From Nitrososphaeraceae archaeon (GTDB taxonomy: Archaea > Thermoproteota > Nitrososphaeria > Nitrososphaerales > Nitrososphaeraceae), in contig JBIOZG010000043.1 in the NCBI GenBank assembly GCA_044870765.1, positions 32,001-96,000 on the forward strand: a stretch of 64,000 nucleotides of DNA. The letters are read 5' to 3'. A model generated the notes under the pieces. That model worked only from the letters and a program-made list of their open reading frames with translations, did no database searches and was not told the DNA's origin. The stretch's first letter is position 1. Each line of letters begins with the position of its first letter. Both the position numbers and the translations under genes were made by a program. Shown in pieces: positions 60,524-64,000 of the stretch.

Positions 60524-60564
60524 ATAAAATTAGTTCTCAAAAAGGATTCTAGGATAATAGAAAA

Positions 60565-60675
60565 ATGAGTAAAGAACTAACAGAATTTGATTCAGATCCT
60601 CATTCCCTCTTCCTATTTGCATTAAATTCACCATCAACGAAGGAAAATATGCTTAAGAAAACAAATTCTTAGACG
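60565..60675 (+). pseudogene. Probable N-terminal remnant of a tyrosine integrase
   Basis: MSKELTEFDSDPHSLFLFALNSPSTKE, then frameshifted KY...NKFLD; from memory this resembles thaumarchaeal integrase N-termini; starts ~40 bp after the att-like site. Confidence 0.5.
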
Positions 60676-60848
60676 TAAAATAAAGGTTCTTGAGTTTTGA
60701 GAATACAGGTAATATTTTACTTGAATTCTGTTCTATCAATTAAAGTCAGACATTCAGAATTAGGTTTCAGGAATTAGTTTGAAATAAGTAGTTTCCTGTC
60801 CCCGAAGGCCCAAGGTCATTAATGAAATGATTTATCACAATCGCCTAA

Positions 60849-62153
60849 TTATTTAATTTTCGCTCTAATAACCTTAGCCAAATCAATTGGATAACCTTCA
60901 ATTTGTTTGTCCTCTTTTCCTACTTTATTTTTGAATTGCTTAAATATATGTTCATAAATTTCATTTCTAAATTTATTTTTGTCTGCGCTATTTATCCCCT
61001 TCAATATGTTTATGATTTCATTAGTTTCTTCGTTGTGACTATATTTGGAAGTTTGAGTGTCGTATGTGCCGTACTTTAATTTTAGCAAACGCGCAAATTC
61101 GAGGGTGGTTGATAAGGCATGTGCTGCACCAAGAGATCTTGCATTCTGTCTGGCCATTATCCATTGAGAGCTTTGAGGACCCAAATCCCGATAAGCAGAT
61201 TTTAATACTTTGCTCAATGCCTTAAGCCGGAGCTTGTTGTCTTTTGCAAGGGCTTCTATTTTTGGCCAAGCTTCTTGTCCTGACCAGGACTGAATGCTGT
61301 TCTTAAATTTACCTGTGGTGTTAATAGTGAAGTCGTTAATCCCAAATTCAGACTCTTTTGAAAATGTCAATTTGTAGGCTAAAGTTCTCGAATATCCACT
61401 AGCATAGTTATCCCCCAGCACTTCCATTTTTCCTTCCGCCTCTGCCGTCATTCCTTTGATAAACATGTATAGAGGAACAGCTATAACGAGGGCGACAAAA
61501 CCTACTGTCGAAACTACCACATTTAATGCTGTCGCGGTACCCGCGGATGTAGTCCATATAGCCGAAATCATGGATGGAATTACTCTTTGTATAGCAGTCC
61601 AACCCCTCTTTATGGCAATATCCCAGGCGATATTTTTCCAATTGGGGCCGATAATAGCGGATAGAACCAATTTTCCTCCTCCTTCGAGCACCCAATTCCC
61701 TATCGTAACCGACTTTGTAAAAGGTATCTCGTATTTTGCCTCAAATAGAGCTGTCCAATTTAATTTCGCATCAAACTTAAAGACTCCATTTCCGAAGTAC
61801 TTTGTCTCCACTCCAAGCCCGACACTTTCTCCAGGTGTGATAGTACCTCTTAATGCAAGATTGTCTGAAATCTCATGCTTTGCAATAATCGAAAATTCCT
61901 TACCAGCTTTGTCAGGGTCATATTCAATTCTTACATCAGCAGCGTTCTTATTCTTAATCTTTCCATTTACTTCCAATTTAATCCGCATTCGAATAGAAAC
62001 ATACTTAAAATCAAATGATCTCTCGCCAAGATCTACTAATGTCGCTTTTGCTGAAAACGAAGGAACAAAAGACTCTAAATCTTCTCTAAGAATTTCTGTT
62101 TCTCTATTATAGTAACCCTCTGTCTCTTTGAATAAGATTTCTCGTTCTTGCAT
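60849..62153 (-). CDS. Hypothetical protein with beta-rich N-half and a central hydrophobic helix
   Basis: 434-aa ORF; hydrophobic VVVSTVGFVALVIAVPLYMFI; 12 bp downstream of partner gene. Confidence 0.7.
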   Translation of the reverse strand: MQEREILFKETEGYYNRETEILREDLESFVPSFSAKATLVDLGERSFDFKYVSIRMRIKLEVNGKIKNKNAADVRIEYDPDKAGKEFSIIAKHEISDNLALRGTITPGESVGLGVETKYFGNGVFKFDAKLNWTALFEAKYEIPFTKSVTIGNWVLEGGGKLVLSAIIGPNWKNIAWDIAIKRGWTAIQRVIPSMISAIWTTSAGTATALNVVVSTVGFVALVIAVPLYMFIKGMTAEAEGKMEVLGDNYASGYSRTLAYKLTFSKESEFGINDFTINTTGKFKNSIQSWSGQEAWPKIEALAKDNKLRLKALSKVLKSAYRDLGPQSSQWIMARQNARSLGAAHALSTTLEFARLLKLKYGTYDTQTSKYSHNEETNEIINILKGINSADKNKFRNEIYEHIFKQFKNKVGKEDKQIEGYPIDLAKVIRAKIK

Positions 62154-62165
62154 TTATCTTTACCC

Positions 62166-63473
62166 TCACAATCTATTTGGAAGATCATGTGATACTACTG
62201 GATCAACTGATATCCAGTTTTTATCAGTGAGGTCGATCCCAGTCGCCTCTTTGAATGAAGCTATGAAATGTTCCACCAATGGTTCTACAATGTCTAGAAA
62301 GATCTTTAAGTTATCTATTGGACTTTGCGTATTCCAATAAGTTTCGTCTTTAGAAAGAATGCATAGAATAAAGTCTGTCAAATCATTAGCACAGTCAATA
62401 TAAATTTTGGTTTTACTTATTTCCGATGGTGCACCTATTTTATTGAAGAGAATCGTGTTTCTTGCAGAGTCTACAATATCCTCGAATCTTGTCTGTTGAC
62501 TAACGCCTGTTTCCTTGGATGTTAGCAAGACCAACCAAAAGCCAGCCAACTTCCAAACAGTAGAAGAGACTGTATTGTGTGCATTCGTACCGCTTCTGAA
62601 TCTTTCAGAAGATCTCCTTAAAAGTTCTATGGATGTGCGTATTGAGGCCAACGTTTGTTGAGATTCTTTTTTATTTGCAATTGCCTCAATCGTTTGTACA
62701 ACCCTTCTGTAGTTGTAAAAATTTTCTATTTTTGCTACAAGCTGGAGTGCAATAGACATTCCAGGCGAAATCTGCATATCCGATAACTTAAGTCCAGAAT
62801 AGGAGCCGTCTATTCGCATACCCAACATTTTCAAAGATACAGCCGTGCGTTGTCGCCTTCTTGAGCTGACTCCCTTATTGACTTCATTTATCATAATCTG
62901 GGAAATTCCTCCTGCCCAGTCGTCATAAAGAATAGGAAACTTACCACCAAATTCTTGATCACTCAAAATTCCTCCTGAAATTTTGTCAATGTCTGTTCTC
63001 TCAATAAACCAGTTCCAAAATGCATCCGCGTATAATATGTTCTTGATTTTTTCGGTCGAAGTTCCGTCCAGCATCTTTATGGCTCTGTCTCCCTCCAAGG
63101 AAAGATCAGAGCAGGGTAAGCAGCAATCGTATTGATAAGATGATATAGCCCCCGTTGCCTTGGACTCTGACTTTTTTGAGGGTTGCGTACCGGAACTCGA
63201 TGATTTGGGATCTATAGAATCTTTCAACATATTACGAACACTGTCGGTAGCGGTTAACCCTCGTCTAGTACGCGGGAAAAAGCGCAGATAAAGCGCGATT
63301 AAAGTCTGAAACGCTTCTTCTAGCCCTTGTCGAGGACTATCAGTGATTCCGGAAAGTATTCTGTCCCAGCAGGCTTCGATCAAGGGAGGGTATGGTGGTA
63401 TTTGATTATTTGACAACGCATCTATAATTTCCCCTTTGACAGTCTCTATTTGTTGATCAGTATTGTTAGACAT
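62166..63473 (-). CDS. Hypothetical mostly alpha-helical protein
   Basis: 435-aa ORF with upstream AGGAAG; no motif recognised. Confidence 0.7.
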   Translation of the reverse strand: MSNNTDQQIETVKGEIIDALSNNQIPPYPPLIEACWDRILSGITDSPRQGLEEAFQTLIALYLRFFPRTRRGLTATDSVRNMLKDSIDPKSSSSGTQPSKKSESKATGAISSYQYDCCLPCSDLSLEGDRAIKMLDGTSTEKIKNILYADAFWNWFIERTDIDKISGGILSDQEFGGKFPILYDDWAGGISQIMINEVNKGVSSRRRQRTAVSLKMLGMRIDGSYSGLKLSDMQISPGMSIALQLVAKIENFYNYRRVVQTIEAIANKKESQQTLASIRTSIELLRRSSERFRSGTNAHNTVSSTVWKLAGFWLVLLTSKETGVSQQTRFEDIVDSARNTILFNKIGAPSEISKTKIYIDCANDLTDFILCILSKDETYWNTQSPIDNLKIFLDIVEPLVEHFIASFKEATGIDLTDKNWISVDPVVSHDLPNRL

Positions 63474-64000
63474 ATACTTCCTATTTTATGCGAGTAATTA
63501 AGCATTTTTATTAATCATTTTCTTACGCGATGAGGATTTCATTTTCGTAGTAAAGATATTTTAGAATTAGAAGTAAAATAGGGGATCAAATTTGTACAAC
63601 CTATATTCTAAACAAAAATAAATCAAATAAGGAACAAGCTCAATTTCCTAAAATAATTAGGCTTGATGAGAATTTCTCTGGGTCATAACAAATCAGCAAT
63701 ATAATAAATATGCCATAGTTTTATGACTCTCAATTTTTGTATTGTTCAATTTGGAAGTTTGATAAGAAGCAGTGATATCTAGATATGTAGTTTTGACGTT
63801 CTGGATATTTTTGAGCGTGTGTTGAATACTTTGTTACTACTCATAAAGATAAACGAAAAAGAAATAATCAGTATCTGTTTTGCAAAATGGCTTTCTGAAT
63901 TTGAGACGATTGCCCTAATTTTAATAGCCATTCTGTCATCATTTTATCTAATATATCTTCACTTAGGTCACCCTTTTCTCTTACTAACCGAAAGACTCCA

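Noticed and set aside
60791-60811. TCCCCGAAGGCCC resembling the tRNA-Lys 3' end
   Set aside because: Too short and mismatched to call without a profile search.

Overview
AT-rich archaeal chromosome segment, most likely from an ammonia-oxidising archaeon of the Nitrososphaerales (amoC, archaeal thrS, polB, intron-containing tRNAs, thaumarchaeal small proteins). Bases 1-32.5 kb are mostly core genes: class II HMG-CoA reductase, a his operon, a four-gene polysaccharide cassette, thrS, speB, polB, tatC, pyrH, tmk, a solitary amoC and IMPase/FBPase. Two divergent intron-containing tRNA genes (Asp-GTC, Lys-TTT) follow. Downstream of tRNA-Lys is a >30 kb accessory region. It is divided into blocks by five co-oriented copies of a ~55-bp element: a conserved leader, an inverted repeat TAGAACCCT-N9-AGGGTTCTA, and a decayed copy of the tRNA-Lys 3' end. 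The blocks carry a molybdenum-cofactor/sulfite-oxidase-family module, copper and surface proteins, a UDG-like protein and several gene fragments. No intact integrase is present; a probable integrase N-terminal remnant follows the last copy. My reading is a tRNA-anchored array of serially integrated cassettes. All product calls come from motif recognition by eye; no database searches were run.
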